Shown here one piece after another: positions 44,677-59,921 of a stretch of 64,000 nt of DNA. Under the pieces are notes generated by a model. It saw only the letters and a list, made by a program, of their open reading frames with translations. It had not been told where the DNA came from and did not search any database. This DNA is from Tubulanus polymorphus (lineage: Eukaryota; Animalia; Nemertea). Every line of letters starts with the position of its first letter. Position 1 is the stretch's first letter. The stretch spans positions 7,378,001 to 7,442,000 of the forward strand of contig NC_134028.1 in the NCBI RefSeq assembly GCF_964204645.1, given 5' to 3'. Position numbers and translations under genes: made by a program.

Positions 44677-44900
44677 TGGTATCATTACCCCAGCCTATAA
44701 CTCTATACCAGTCATCTCTCCCTGGGGGAGAAGTAACCCCGAGCGGGTAATACGCGCTCAGTAGTCATCTATCAGACCGGGTACCCATTAACTCCTGGGT
44801 GGAGAGAGGCAATGAGGATAAGTGTCTTGCCCGGGGACACTACGGTAATGTACGAGGTCGAACCCACGAGTCGAACGCTCTTATCGCTCGCCCACACCTC
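44677..44900 (-). mobile_element. tRNA-derived SINE
   Basis: Contains GGTACCCATTAACTCCTGGGTGGAGAGAGGCAA..AAGTGTCTTGCCCGGGGACAC..GGTCGAACCCAC, the reverse complement of a Pol III B-box plus a conserved metazoan SINE body. Confidence 0.8.
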
Positions 44901-45554
44901 ACCATTCTACTCCTTGTCTTCGATCGTTATTATTCAGACGTGATACTCTCCCGACAGGCTTCACAAACCGTCGCGCATCATCGACGAACCTTCGATCTGC
45001 CGCCGAGTATATCGAGAATCAGTGTCGACGTCGCTTCGATTCGCTTCAATCTGTCAGCCGACCGACTCGGAACAAATAAACCCGATTGCGGATCGCGTCG
45101 ACAGTCCGCCACACAGAAACTTAATAAAATATTTCCGACGTTATTGTTACCGAGTTTATTACGAGTTGACGGGAAACAAAAAGAGCAATTTAGTCAGTTA
45201 TGGGCGCCGTATTTTCCGATATTTGTCCTGTCATTTGGCGGTTAGTTGAATAATGACCAGGTTTGCGTATGCGTGTTTTCGTTTCACTTATCCGCGCTCC
45301 GGTGCCTGTGCGCATTTATTGAATCATCGCTCATGAAAAAAAGACGGCGACGAAATTACGATAAGTTCGACGAATTACGGGGCGGCAGATATTTTCAACC
45401 ACGTGCGCGTATATAGCGGCGCCCGAACAGAACTCAGACAGACTAAACAGAAATCAGAACAGATTCATTGTGTCGTCTTATTCTCGTTGGTAATTCTATA
45501 CGCGATATCGAATCGATACTGAAACGAGAAGTTTTCTCTTCTCGTTCGAATGTA

Positions 45555-45730
45555 CCGTCAACCCCCGAATAACCACCCTCTCATATACCGCCACCCCCGC
45601 CTACCGCCAGGTTTTCTCAATGTACATCTCTATACAAAAACATTGTAAAACACCCCCGATATACCGCCATACTCTCTATACCGCCAAAATCGTTCTGCGC
45701 CGATGTGGGCAGTATCTCGGGGCTTGACCG
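45555..45730. mobile_element. pogo/Tc1-type MITE with internal TACCGCC repeats
   Basis: TA-CCGTCAACCCCCGAATA ... TATCTCGGGGCTTGACCG-TA imperfect TIRs with TA flanks. Confidence 0.65.
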
Positions 45731-48700
45731 TAGTCTTTAAACGCCTTTTTAATCGGCGATTGTTCATTTGTAAGATGATCGTAATGACTAGATTTTAGAT
45801 AGAAGATATTTTTGTTTCCTCACAACAAGTCAACGGAGGGAGTTCAAATTCATTCTGTAAGACTGCGCCTAAACCTACAATGTCTCGTATCAGAGCTGTG
45901 GGTAGTGTAAAAACTATAACCTGTTAACCCGGCGTCTATAACATATATGCATTATAAAGCCTGGATAAACAGATTATCGTTTTTATACTACCTTCAACTC
46001 TGATACGAGCCCAAGTCCTGTGCCTAAAGCCAAGCTCAGTGTCGCGCTGCGTCCTACACAATTCGTAGTTAAGTCTTTGTGACTGTTTTTTTTTTGTATT
46101 CAAATTTAACGCGGGTAGGTGAAATTCCATTCCAGCGGATCTTGATTGTTTAATAGATGGAAGAATCTCTTTTATTTGTTTTACTTTGATATAGTGTTAT
46201 TTGCGGGACAAATGCGAGAAAGTTTCACCAGACATCGCTGAAACTGGATCGCAATGTTCCGCTGTCTGATCATGGCTCTCCGGGGTGTTCGGTATTGCGA
46301 ATTAGCCGATGTACGAAACGTGATAGGGTCAAACAGGAAAAATAATGATTCCCACACTGATGATAAGATCACAAGGAACAATTAATTGCCAGACGCCGGT
46401 AACAGATAAGAAAGAATATTTGATCAGGCCGAGCACTTACCTCGCGCCAATGATGATACGACATGCTGAAGACGTCGCGTAAAAAAGCTATTGGTTCATG
46501 TGTAGACTCAATAGAGGCCATGGTCCAAAGGGGGCATACATTTTCTACAACTTTGTTTCGCAAGCGATCAAATGCTTGAATAACGATATTGACTTCATTC
46601 ACAAAACACGTTGTTCTAACGCCCAGAATTAAACTCGTCATTAACCAACAGAGCCGGCTGTAGCGATATATGTTAACGCGTGCTACTTAATAGAAAGCGC
46701 TGATGCTGTGGTCATTAACGTTTCTTTGACAGGAAATTACCATTGGCGTCAAAGGATGGGATAGGTAAGGAACAAGACTGTCCAAACGGAAATAGGTATC
46801 GATGAGACCCGGGGTGGAGATGTAAGGCTCATGACGGCGTCATAATTGCCTCTATATGTCGAGATTGTTTGACGAAAAGAAATATTTCCGTATTCGCGGG
46901 TCAAGGTCAACCCGACTGTTGTGTTTATCAAGGGCAAGGTCAGTCATGCATCAACGTAATAAAAACTTTTGCTTTGTCCAAAAAAGTCCATACTCGCTCC
47001 GTACTTATGAATTCGAGATGTCATATATCTAGAAACCAAGCCAATGCGTTATTTTTTGCCGTTGACGTCGTCATATCACCTTTCATCATAAATAACTTAA
47101 CGAAAGGTCATATCGATTTCTCATATATCCTATACGAGCAAAAAGAAGTCTTAATGTACGCGCGTGTAACATTAAACCGAACAAGGATGATCAATTCACG
47201 GGCAAAATCAGAATATTTACCTCTAGGTTTTGAGATACCATCGATGAGATTATATCTTATACATATCCCCGACAGAAGAATACGTCGAAATCCGATCTAC
47301 AATCAGACCCTGAAAACAACGATGTCTCGCAGTAAACGAGGCTTATTTGTTATTCATGTTTTTCGCCGGAGACCTTACATTGTCAAAACTCAGCACTGCG
47401 CGCGTGATGGAAAAATAATGATTTTTGTATGAATTTGGTGTTATTTTTTCCTTATCACCAGCAGATTAACTTAAAAGTATCCGATTTCTCCGATTCCGTT
47501 TCGATATCTTTTTACTACTCGAAATAGAGCAAGAATTTGGAAACTTTTCCCCAAAACCGATAAAAATGAGTTGAAATTGTGGTGATTCTTTTGTAGATAG
47601 GGATATGGGTATAGGCGATGCACCACCATCCCGGGATGTTTTTACCAACCAGGCGATCCAGAGGCAAATTTTGAAGGAATTGTGACTTCAAAAAGGGCAA
47701 TTCGATGTTTGAAGGCAGTATCAGGGACACCCGCACTGGAATGGACCAATTATCTTTGTTGACTTGTAAAGGCCACTCAAAAATTTGACGGACTTGTACA
47801 CGTCCCCTGGTCCCGCCCTTGCCAACATCAATAATTATGTGCGCATTTCTATTATTATATTATCACGGACCGATACAAACCGAGCAAATCGGGTTACCGC
47901 CTAAAAAGCAAGGTAGTTATTTGATGCCGAATAATCTCCGATCTTGATTTTTTTGTGCATTACGATCGAGTGGATTTGTGAACGCTTCGTGGTTAGGGAG
48001 TGGCGTGTTCGGTATTAATGCGAAAGTAACTTCATAATTGAGATAATAACGTACGTAGTATGATGACGTTCTCATATCCAATCAAACCACGCGAATATAC
48101 GTCGCCAGCTTCCTGACATGGCCGTAATTATCCATGCTTTGAGAAAACTGTCATACAATTATCTATTCATTTCTATTAATGACTTTACTTTTCCCATTGT
48201 CGGCGTATTTTTATAGCAAAAGTTGTGTCATACCCTATGATGTGATTATACATCAAATGTACTAAAAATTTACTGTATGAATGGTGATTATCTAGGTGGC
48301 TGACGATACGCTATCTTTAAAGACAAAAGGGAAACGCGTAAATAAAAGTCAATTAATTTCATTAACGCCTCGACATCAACCTCGGTGGTAAGACCATTAT
48401 TTTCCTGTCGGAGAACGTAGCGTTGTGGAGTATCTGGCGTCGGCGCGCGTGTTCATTAGTTTTATTTATTGGATCGAGAATTTTGATGTTGTTAAAGTTG
48501 ATGTTGATTGATGATTTGATGCGATCGCTTCGTCTTCATTATCTTCTGTCGCTTCCGGTGGCTGACAGACGTCTCTACGACGTAATAACACGCCGCGTAC
48601 AAAAACCGCAGCAAACTCGTAGTAAATATATATATATATATATAACTACATATTTTATTAAGGAGTTCTTTGTGAGTGGATGTACACAGCGTCATATCGA

Positions 48701-51700
48701 TATAGGCGTTTCAAAATAACGATAACAATTGTGAATCTGGCGTTTATTTTGTATCTAAATATATCTTATGACTCTGATATTCCATTTCATTTCCTAAATC
48801 TGAGTTCTTTTTTTATAATTGATCTTTTAGAGGATGCGCGCTACGTCATCAATATATCGGGGCTAGACTGGTTGCCGGTCAATTCAATTCAATTTTCAGC
48901 GCACATGCCTTTTGATAAAGATTATTATTATTTTTATTAAAAAAAAAGATTACACATTTTTTCTAACAGTGAACATATCCTATCAAAGATCCAATATCGT
49001 GATCCAATATGATACTGGATCACCGACGCGACGTCAAGCATGCTATGTTATATCTACGCTTGGAATAGATCGTTTCGATTCATTACCGCAACTTGAATCT
49101 AAACCTCCACACGCCATCTTCGTTTGGGACAAACAACACGAACAACTAAACACAAAACATCATATCGCCATTTTGAAATTAGAAATAATTCCCCTCGCTT
49201 CTCACGGCTTGCGTCGTGACATTGCTTTATTAAAATCACTTCAAAAGACGTTTTCGCTTTCATTTTCGAATATTTTCCAGCAAATTAGCGCTTTGACTCT
49301 CCGTGTATTTAAATACGCATCAGGGATTTTCGGAATCGTTTCAAAATGCGCGGCCGAAGCACCGCATCGGTATAATACATATCATTTACCGCCTTAGACT
49401 TCGAGTGGATGGTAGAGGAATATTTCACCGAATGCTATTTCGTGCTTAACCTGGAAGAACGGTAGATGTCGGGACAATTCTGATGAAATGTCATCTGCAC
49501 GTTCTATTTTAGAATACCAAAACTGACTACAAACTAAAACTGATACAAAAGAAGGTAGAGACATGAAAACTGCGAAAAAGGTGCCGGGTTTAGAGACTGG
49601 TTTTAACTTAAACACTCGGCCCAGCTCGACTGTAAGTCACTCGAGTTAGCCCGCGGTTTTAAGTTTGAACCAGCGTAATAAACTAGTTCCAGTGTATCAT
49701 GAGTAGTGACATGACAATGAGACAAATGATCCAAACATACACGTCTCAGGTATAAACAGATATCTAGATATTGAAAGAATATGAAATATCTATCAAAGAT
49801 GAAATATGCACGAAGATTGGGCCTACGAATATAAGCCTTGCTATAATACAGATATTGAGATGAAAGAACTGCGCATGCTGACGCCTTTTTAGTCATATCG
49901 AATGCAGATAGAACCTTAAGAAATTGTGAGCAGACGACTTTGATGAGTTATATACATATACGTAATATCGAGAACTGGGAATAGTTTTTCTCTAAGATTG
50001 CACACACACACACAGGCGGGCCGGGAATACGGATACATCTTCGCTGATAAAACATGCCTAGTCCGTATTGAACCTGTTCGAGATTTATTTGAATAATTGA
50101 TCAGTTTAGAAACAGAAGCGAACAGTGTTTTTTTCTCCGTTAGATCGTATTACCGGAAAGAAAACCGTTTTCCTCGTCGACTAAACCAGAAATATCGACG
50201 AATCTCCGGAGAAACAAAAACGAACAACGGAATTCCGTAAAAAGAACGTAACGCAATGCGACCTGAAGAAACCCGCTGATGACGCCTGACCGAACGAAAA
50301 ACGAACGGCTTCGTTCGTTGTGTTCGGGTCATTTTGTTTGCTTCGAAGAACTTCGATACCGGGAACCGGGATTTTTATGGTCATTAGAAAACGGTCGACA
50401 GTATTTCATTATCCTCGCTGTCATTATACCTTACAGTGTATGCTAGGGTTATAACCCAACAACGATTACCGTTACGTAAGACTTTTTTGAAAATCAATTT
50501 GCCACAATCCCGTTGCTGATTCGAGTCAAATAACGTCTGTTTTCTCGGGTTTCTTATTTCGCGGTGTATAGAAAGCGAATTAGTTAGAAACGCAATTCGA
50601 GTGTCACAAGCTGTTCGGCGACTGCGGATAATTTATACCGCGTTGATGACGATGTGGAACTATTCATTTTTCGAAGCGCGCTGCCAGTCGCAGTGCGCTG
50701 CGCGTATATCATTCAGATGAAAATCGACGCTTCGTTTCGCTTGTGAATTTGTCTCCGTTTTCGTGCTTTTGAAACCGGAAGCAGACGATCGCTCAAATTT
50801 ACTGCCGACGCGACGAGCGCCTGCTTTGCTGTCTGTGTTTTTAGGTCGTTTGTTTGCAAGCATCTTCGTCGACGACAATAGCATTCGGGCCCGGCTTAAT
50901 CAGAACATTGAAAGCGCGCGTTCGTTGATTTATTCTGCGCCGAATCATTCAATTTCCTGGCGAAGTGGATTCGAGAAATTTTCCATTTAATGCCGTAAAT
51001 CAGAGCTGACTGAAGATCCGCGCGTCTGGCAGACTATACTCCGCGATTGAAAACGCGCCAGGATTGAGCTGTATAGATAAATAAAATTCGTTTCAATTCT
51101 CTAAGCGCGTCACACGTCTAACGAGGAAACTCCTCGAAACCGAGTGCAGGATAAGGGAGCTTAACTAGTTTCGACAACGGGAAAATATAATATCCGTTAT
51201 TGCCGTGCCGAAACGTAATTTATTTGGGAAATTTGGCAGATTGAACCAACATGTTCGGGGGCCAGAAATTCCCAATAGGTTGCTAGCAATGCTCAACTCA
51301 TAAGCCGCTAGTGTTTCGCCATAAAACGCAGTTATTTAGCAAGAATTTTGAATTATCATGCACTAAATTACAAATCAGAAATCTGACCAGCCACCATTAC
51401 CTTTCCATTTCGTAATAAATCGATCTGAATGAATCGATTGTTAATACTACAATTTCGGGGTTCTGTACTTCATAAAAATTATAAGGGAAATCTCCACCAT
51501 CAGAAATCTCGCTCTTTCGTCGATAAGAAACTTCGGGGAAGACCTGTGGTGCCAGATTAACGTCAGAAAAAATTTCAACCGTTTATGAAATGAGAAAGTA
51601 ACGTAAATCTATAGCGAAATCTAACTTCATATCGAGCCACACGTGAAGGAAGACTTATCTTTCGAGGAATCTAATGGCACGGAGTCATTAATCACGGATT

Positions 51701-54528
51701 TGTTGAAACACGGCGTGACAACTTCGCAGGTTTATAGTTCGCATACTTCGGATGAATAATGACCCGATCGCAGAGAGAGGGAAAGAGCGAGGGAGACGGT
51801 TAAGCGCAGGCGGCGACAGTTGAACGGCGGATTTAGTGCACGACAGCCATGCTGTGCGACGTGCACGATGAAGCCGCCTATCTCCGAGTTCAATTTATCA
51901 TCCGTCAGTTTCAACCAGATACAAGGTTAGAAAGGAGGACTATCATATCCACACATGTGAACATGGCCTAACATGGCCATAGCCACCTCGGACTTTTGAC
52001 TAACTCGGGACAGCAATAGAATGTTTTTTCTAATTTCCTAGTGTATACTCATTACCCGAAACTCAGAACTCGGTCCAATTTTGGCCATAGTTTGCGCCCA
52101 ATTTGGCGAGGCTTTACTGTGTGAAAGAATTTAACGTTTTATCGGCACAAAAGATAATACTGGTTGCTTTATTTTTAAGTCTACACTTTGATTCTGTAAT
52201 AAATCTCGCGATGTTTAAGTGACGTCTTGTTACCGAGTATCGATGAGAAAGATAGTACGACTGTTTTTAGATAATATAGTTCTTTTGTTAAGATTATCAA
52301 TCAACTCAAAGTCTAATCTTAACGAACAACTTGGGACTGGGTTCAGGGATACAGCATGTGCATCGAGGATCAAGAATTCAAAACATGCCATTATAGAACC
52401 TCATTGCAGAGGCTTAAGATAAAAATGAATGAATGATTCAGTCCGTTTAGGTCCTTATTTGTATGGCCAATCCCTACCTCGACGGTATCCGGTCGCAAAT
52501 TGAAAAACTTAGAAAAATAAGTGAAACAGAATATCATCTTTTGAAATCAAAACCAACCAACGAATACACGGCACAAAATACGAGAACGCTAACCTTTGGT
52601 ACGCCAGGGAGACGTCCTCCTCATATTGTCAGTTGACATGAGACCATAATTAGGTGGATATAGGCAGCAAGATGCGTAGGCAAATACCCCGAAAATGATA
52701 TACCAGAACTAACAAGAAGTCTCCCATAAAAGTAGCCACAATAGTTCCGCAAATAGAAGAGGTGGCGATAAGAGATATCTATGAAATCCGTGGGTCCTGA
52801 GGGGCTAATTGATAATGAAATAGAGGATTCCCTGCGGATCAATCTTGTCTGGACTAAGAGTAACATGGTGGGCGATTACTGCGGCTCCGATGTCGCGTGT
52901 GGAATGAGTCAGAGAAGACCGTTCATTCAAGAATGTACAACGTATAATAATATCGTTGTATCTTAGAAGATACACTTATCAATATGTGCCATTTTTCTAT
53001 ACGGAGATATGAAACTATCTTAAGCAACTTAAGAACGCGCAGGGCAGGACCACAGAAATAGTTCCTAGAGTAAATAAAAGGTCCCCATTTAAGATTGGCA
53101 CAGTTCTGATAGGTGACGAAAATGTCAAAACTGATGAATGAAATCCAAGGGTCCTGGGAGACAAATAGATAATGAAATAGGAGATTCCCTGGATTTTCTT
53201 TTGTTTGTAGAAAGAGTACCGAATATGGTGGGGATTCCCTGCAATATTCGGCGCGGGTTACTGGTTTACCTGTACCGGGATACCCATCCTTTCTAAAGGT
53301 TTGATTATTCCAAACGTTTGTTCGTGCATATAGGGCGAAAACCACTTCGGCGCATAGCTAAGATGCTGTGGCCTAGCAGCCATAAGCAGGATGATTCATG
53401 GCTTAACGTAATTGAATGTGAAATATTTTTGGAATTTCCTATTTTACTTCAGGATGCGTATCGGATTTGGGAATGGAGGTCTGAACTCAGTTAAATGATC
53501 GACCGAGTCCTGGAAGTGTTGTAAAATCCGTCGAACGTCGAATCGATGGAATATTCCAGAAGAGATCTCAATCAAATTCGCTGTTTGAACACATATTTTC
53601 GACGAAAAGCGTCCCCGCGCTCTGGGTGCAGTCTCAAAAATGATTAGTTCATAATTAGATTTGAGATAATATGAATCACTGATGATTTTAAAAGTAAAAA
53701 AACCTAAAAAAATCTCCTAAGATTGTGGGAGTTAAACCCTTTTGTGAAACTGGACTCAGGTATTCTGACGATGTACCGTTGCGCGTCAGACGACTCTCCA
53801 TTCCACTCATGGCGTTTATGTGCTTACACAATATTTCGCAGAGAGATATCTGATACAAAAATGTCTCTAGGGTGTCATTTGATACGGACAGCCAAAACCG
53901 AGTCCAGATACGCTTATTGATGGCTTCGTTCGACGACAACAAAATGAAACCACACTCACGAACGTTCGTTAATTTACATTACAGTTATAAATTCGATAAC
54001 GCGTTTGCTTTTACATGAAATACCCCAGAGAAACCTATTTCGCGGAGATAGAATTATATTTCACCTTCATTGTGTATACGATAAGGCCGAGCTGGGTTTG
54101 AGTAAAGACGTCGGGTGTATTTGACGAACGCCTCTTCTCCGCGATACGACGCGGGGTTGATAAGCGGAAATTAACCGCGCTGATAAGAGCGGCAAATATA
54201 AAAAAGACGTTGATTTTTTCTAGGATTTCTTACGCGTGTCGAGTCAGATGTTATAGATACGTCCCCTTTTAAAGTCGACATCCAGATGATATCGGGTTTA
54301 TCTTCCGCCGCGGCTGCACTGTCAGTTCACCATCACCCCGACTCAAATGTCACCTTCACAATGGCCGTTAAGCTACAGAGTCTAGACGTACATACTCTCA
54401 ACCAGACGAAGAGTTTCGATGATCAGGAGGTCTAACGACTCGACTTTTACCCTCACCCGTAGACCGCCCAATGGTGGTTGATCTAACGGGGTCTCCTGAC
54501 TCAAATGTCATCCTCATTCAGACCCGAA

Positions 54529-54651
54529 GCCCAGTTACACAGTCATGGTTTAAGTCCAAAAGTGGTCTTAAATCTAAACCGGTTTTATGTTGATAGGTAA
54601 ATTGACTGTAGAACTAAGTTGAGTCTAAGCCATGACGGTGAAATTGGCCCC
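54529..54651. mobile_element. Short MITE
   Basis: GCCCAGTTACACAGTCATGGTTTAAG ... CTAAGCCATGACGGTGAAATTGGCC inverted termini. Confidence 0.6.
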
Positions 54652-57600
54652 TGAGGAACACATTGTAGATTCCGACTCAATGCGCTTTTAATCAAGCTCG
54701 GGAAACTCGCGTTCGACAGCCATGTATGAATACGTGGTACAAAATCGAATCACCTTAAATAAATGACCGACCGGCAACCTGAATTTTCCGCGATTGAAGC
54801 CGCCATTTTGTTTTTTGGTCTCTCGAGTAATGAAATTTATTCAATCGCAAAATGAAGGCCAAAATTCATAATTGTAACTGTTACTTTGGAACGCATATAT
54901 TGATGACGTAGTGCACATCTACTCACACAGTAACGCTTCAATAACGCATACTAGGTATCAATGTATATAAACATTATTGTAACGGTTTTTACGGCGTCAA
55001 AAAGTTTGACAATGCCGTACGCGAGTTGCTTAAATATAAACGCCTATCTCTTACGTCCATGTCTCGGCAAAAACATGAATCGTGTGATGTCATCGTTCAA
55101 TATCGATTATTAATGCAGTTTATGCAGATATTTATCACCGCGTCATTCGGGTGTTCGCGTTACTATATCGCTGAAGCCCGCGTATATCGCTAAATTCAAC
55201 TTATTGAAAACGTATCCATGCGTCCGATGCCGTGTAGAGTTAATGAAAGACCGGCGGAAAAACTGATAACGCGATAAAGAACAGCGCGCACGTCACACGG
55301 CAGGAAGCTCGACCGCTCGTAAAAGAGGAAATTTAATTTACGAACTCCATTGACAGAATGATATAACTCGCAGCTTATTGCGTTGCTGATAACGCAACCC
55401 GACTACGATGTTCTACGGTGACCAGATCTAAGGCAGGACGCGTCTTAATTTGAATTAAACCGGAATTTGATGGAAGCGATATGTAAATTCATTCATCCAT
55501 CGGGTTTCGTTTTGCATAGAACGTGTTAACCAGTGGCAAGAAAGTTACGTTCTGATGGGGAATATTTAAAAACATCCTAAGCTCACTTTGGTGCTGAGGA
55601 GAATTATCTCCTATATTGACTAATATTACAAAACTATATTGTTACTATGGAATCATGTCAACAATGCACGATCACAATCAAAAGAATTTGTTAGGTGCAG
55701 CCATTCGAGGCTAAAATGGCCTTAAAACTACTTATCAAGATCAGGATCAGATGAAATTATCATGTCGCATGAAAGAACTATAAACGTGACGATGGTAGAA
55801 CTATATATTTATATCGTGATTTAAGTTTAGGTTGGCGGACCGTCTGAAAAAGCGCAAAACCGAAAACAATCATCATAACTTATGTAAGAACCGCGCGATT
55901 TTAAAATCGAGCCGGCCAATACTGCCAGAATCCAGTCCCCAACTAACGATTAACGAACTAAGCACCGAGGCGCAGTGACCAGTACGGCCCCTAAGGCTCT
56001 CACTGTTACCTTCGTTTAACTATACTTTATTTTTCTTCGCTGTCAACATTCATGTAAATGTAAGTCAAATAAATGAAAAATGAATCTTTATTTATTAACG
56101 GACAAGTTTCAGGACGCTATATCGTGTTTCATTCGGAGGTTATCGTGATTTTCTTCCTGACGGCAAAGATAGTAAACATATTAGGTGCCTACGAGACCGT
56201 CGTAAAAACCCATAAAACCGCTTTGATATCTCGACGTATCGTTTCGTATGAGCGAAGTATCGTAAAGCCCGTACGAACATTTTAGATGGCAAAGATTCTT
56301 ATCAAATAAGCCGAGATATTCTACAGAGCGTATTACACTAGGCGAGATATCGTTTTATGATGGTTTGATGTTCGGCCGCAGTCGGTGCGCCGATAAACCG
56401 GACGACACGTAGCGATTTTACTTATTTTGGGCTCGCGTCAATGACACACACACACACACACACGCACGTCATCATCGGCGTCAGGTGCTCGTGGAAGCGA
56501 AGACTTACATAGATTGTAGCGCAGTAGCAATTTGATTAAAATCTCATTCTAAATTGAATCTAAAACATAAACTGTGTACAGCCTCTATCGCTACTAGTAA
56601 TTACGCGCTGATTAAAGCGCTAAATGAACTGATATGAAATTAGATTAAGGAAGATTTCATTCGGCAAACAGCATACATTGATTGCGCGGGGAGATTAATT
56701 TGTTCAATAATCGAATTCTACGCGCGTCTATAAATGACCCGATGATTTATGGTGTTTTAGCGCTAGAACCCGTCATGTTTCCAGCGTAGAACGATATCTC
56801 ATAGAATTTCTCAATATTTCATGGTTACTGCGTTGTTAACACGTTTTCGGTATTTCGAGCGGTTGTATCTCAAACTTACAAAGTATACGATTCCAAGATG
56901 ATTTCTGTCACTGTTTATCGATGGTTAGATTGAAGGCGACAATGCATGCTAATCCCTTATGGCATGGCAATCGCCAAGTTCGCTATAGCAGGCTTTAATC
57001 GTCACTGGGTCTTCTGCGCATAAATCATCTAAATCTTGAATTTTACTACGAAATCATCAATGGGGAATACCCACAATGCCACTGTGGTAATCGAGGATCC
57101 ACCAGGTGTCGCTAGTACATAGTTGGTCGATGCGTTTGATTTATTCTACACTTCAATTAAATCTAAATGAACTTTTCTCTTAATTGTATCAACTACTTAT
57201 CGAGACTACACCGATATCGAGTAGAAAAATGAAAGTATTGTATATTTGGTGGATGCTGTGATAATGTATGGATTTTGGAGTCTAAAAAGTTTTTTTTTAG
57301 TATATATGACTTTATTTGACAAAAGAATTATAATGTTAAAGGTTTGCTCAGGTACAAAGTACATTAATAGCAACACCATAATAATAATTGCTAACAAGAA
57401 AGGGGTCAAGTCATGTACATTATTAAAATATAGATACATAAAATTGAGAGAACATAAGAGAGAAAATAAAACGATAACAATAACAACAGTGGTAAAAAAA
57501 CAATTTAAAAAAAAAGAAAATAAAATTAATAAAGGAAAGAAAACAATTGTCGGTTAAGTGTACTGGTGGTTATGTATAAATCTTGCAGTATTCCGAATGA

Positions 57601-59656
57601 CTAGAGTTAATGTTAAATGAATGAAAAGTTAGAGTCGCCAAATAGTAGTCTAAAAAGTCAGTACAAAGTTTATTGAAAATTAATTTATTTTGACAACGGA
57701 AGACCTACTGCCCGTCACGCCATCTGGTGGGATAGCTGGATTTGCGGGTTCCCCATTATGACAACAAGGAAGAAATCTGTTGTGGCTCGTTTCAAAGTTC
57801 AAATGTGATCCGAATCGAATTTTTGAGGAGCTTTAGTCGCGCGTTCACTGGAGGAATATATCTTACTTTGCTAGTATCCTACAAGTTTGAATAGGACAAC
57901 CTTAACCTTTGATTGAAAAATTGCCATGTAATGAATGAGGCACTCATCTATCTTTCGATTAGTTATCTTATATCGGAAGTAATTCTCGACATGATTGGCA
58001 TTACCTCCCACCCGAAGACGGAACAATTTTTTTTTCTAGTCGGCGCAAGGACTTCACTTGTAACTTAAAGATTTTCTTCAGATAAATAAATCCCTTCACT
58101 AGTCACGTAACGATCGGACGATTTGCGAGGGTAATTAATCTTGTTTTTATCATCAGTAAACTCGGAGAGGTTTTATAAAATATATCGGATTTAATTCTAA
58201 GCATTTCTCGTTGTAATCTTTCGGCGATTAATCAAGCTATGTAGGCTGAAGACAAGTGTATAAGCAAATAAATAAATGAACCGAGTCTAGACGTACAAAC
58301 ACTAATATGCGATGTAACGATATTTTCTTTTATTCGCGCGCGCGCGCGCGAAGTGTCGAATCCGAAAAAACGAACCGTTTCGCGTATATCATTAATCAAC
58401 GCCATTCACGAATCGGAATATACGTAACTGAAACGACGAATTCGTTAAATTCATCGTTTTATCCGCGCTAGGAGTATACACAAACTCGCACTCGTTTTCC
58501 GTTTAAAAAAACCCACGAAATCCTCCCCGTATATGACGACACCAATTAGACCGCGATAAAGTTTATAAGCGTGCATTTCTATTGTCAGGAGACGATAATT
58601 TCCGGCAACTTTTTTCCGTCTTCGCAGAGAGCCTGAACTGTCGCATTTCATGTTTAAAAGTGGATGCATACTGTTATTATATATTGTAAGTGCAGCGAAG
58701 TATTCCCATCATTAGCCATATACATTAAGTACATTTCTCAAAAAATTCTACAAAAAAAACACTCCACTGACTTGTTATTTATCTATGTATAAGATACTCG
58801 TCTATGATTGATATATCGTATGTCAGGCAGGTCTAAAATCCATTAATTTGCGCGTACTTATAAGACTTATAAGATTCGAGCAGCGACAAACAATGCAAAT
58901 ATTGCGGGCACCGCTAAACAATTTGAGAGACGAACTCGTGCCGATCGATAAAGATGATGGAATTAAACTTCATGACCTTCTTTATAAAGAGCTTGCTCCG
59001 TGAGAACTGACAATATGTGTCAAACCATTACAATAGACGCCGTGAAGTTATTTTTCGGCAATTATACGACATTTTCTAACACGAATTCACCGTTAAGAAA
59101 TCGATTGTAGAACCTCTTCAGCAGCCGAGATTTTGCGCTTTAATTGTCAGGTATGTTGCTGTGTATCGACTAGCATATCATACGCTGGTGGTCGTCGTCT
59201 ATTATCATTCGCAGACTTATACAACCAACGGTGGCGATTAACTGCAATCACGCTTCGCTTATTTTTATGCAGAAACTGGAATTTCATTAAAATAGACTTA
59301 AAATGCGAGCGTTAGATAAAAGAGCTTGAAATCCAATTTAGATTTTCGTGCATCATCGTTCGTTATTTGTTGAATTTGAATGAACTTACACGGTGTATTC
59401 ATATACAAGAGTACAGCGCGGCAGACGATGCTTGAAAAGAACGCAACGGAATTTCTTCCCTTGCTAATAATTACCCTATTTCTACGCCGATATATCGTAT
59501 GGAATTTGAAAATGCTATGGGACTTCGACTCTGGGCACTTTTTACCCTGGTGTTTACGCAGTTTTAGTTGATAGTTGATAGGTCGCTCATATGGAACTGG
59601 CCCCGGAGTAGGAACATAAAGGTGACATGGTGCCTTATATACTTCAATACTGTTAA

Positions 59657-59921
59657 CAGGGGTGCATCAAGCTAAGCGCCCCCTTTTTGCCAAGATGACA
59701 TTTTCATAACCTGCCTTAAGAAAGCTACATACAGTGGCCATTTCTTTTGTTCTGAAATCACTAGATACTCAGAAAATGATCTATTCTTTCAAAATTTCAT
59801 TGGGGCCTCCCTAAAACACTGTAAAGGTCTTTGCGTTAACGATGCTCGCGTTCATGAAACCAAGTACATGTTGACAACTAAATTTCGGAATTTTGCCCAA
59901 AAATTCCGGGATCTGCCCGTG
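59657..59921. mobile_element. hAT-like non-autonomous element (related copy ~62698-62975)
   Basis: CAGGGGTGCATC start and GATCTGCCCGTG end; shared GCCAAGATGA and AGATRCTC-AGAAATGATC blocks with the 62.7-kb copy. Confidence 0.5.

Noticed and set aside
46869-49397. 187-aa and 161-aa plus-strand ORFs
   Set aside because: Non-ATG starts, no domain motifs or splice support; consistent with chance ORFs.
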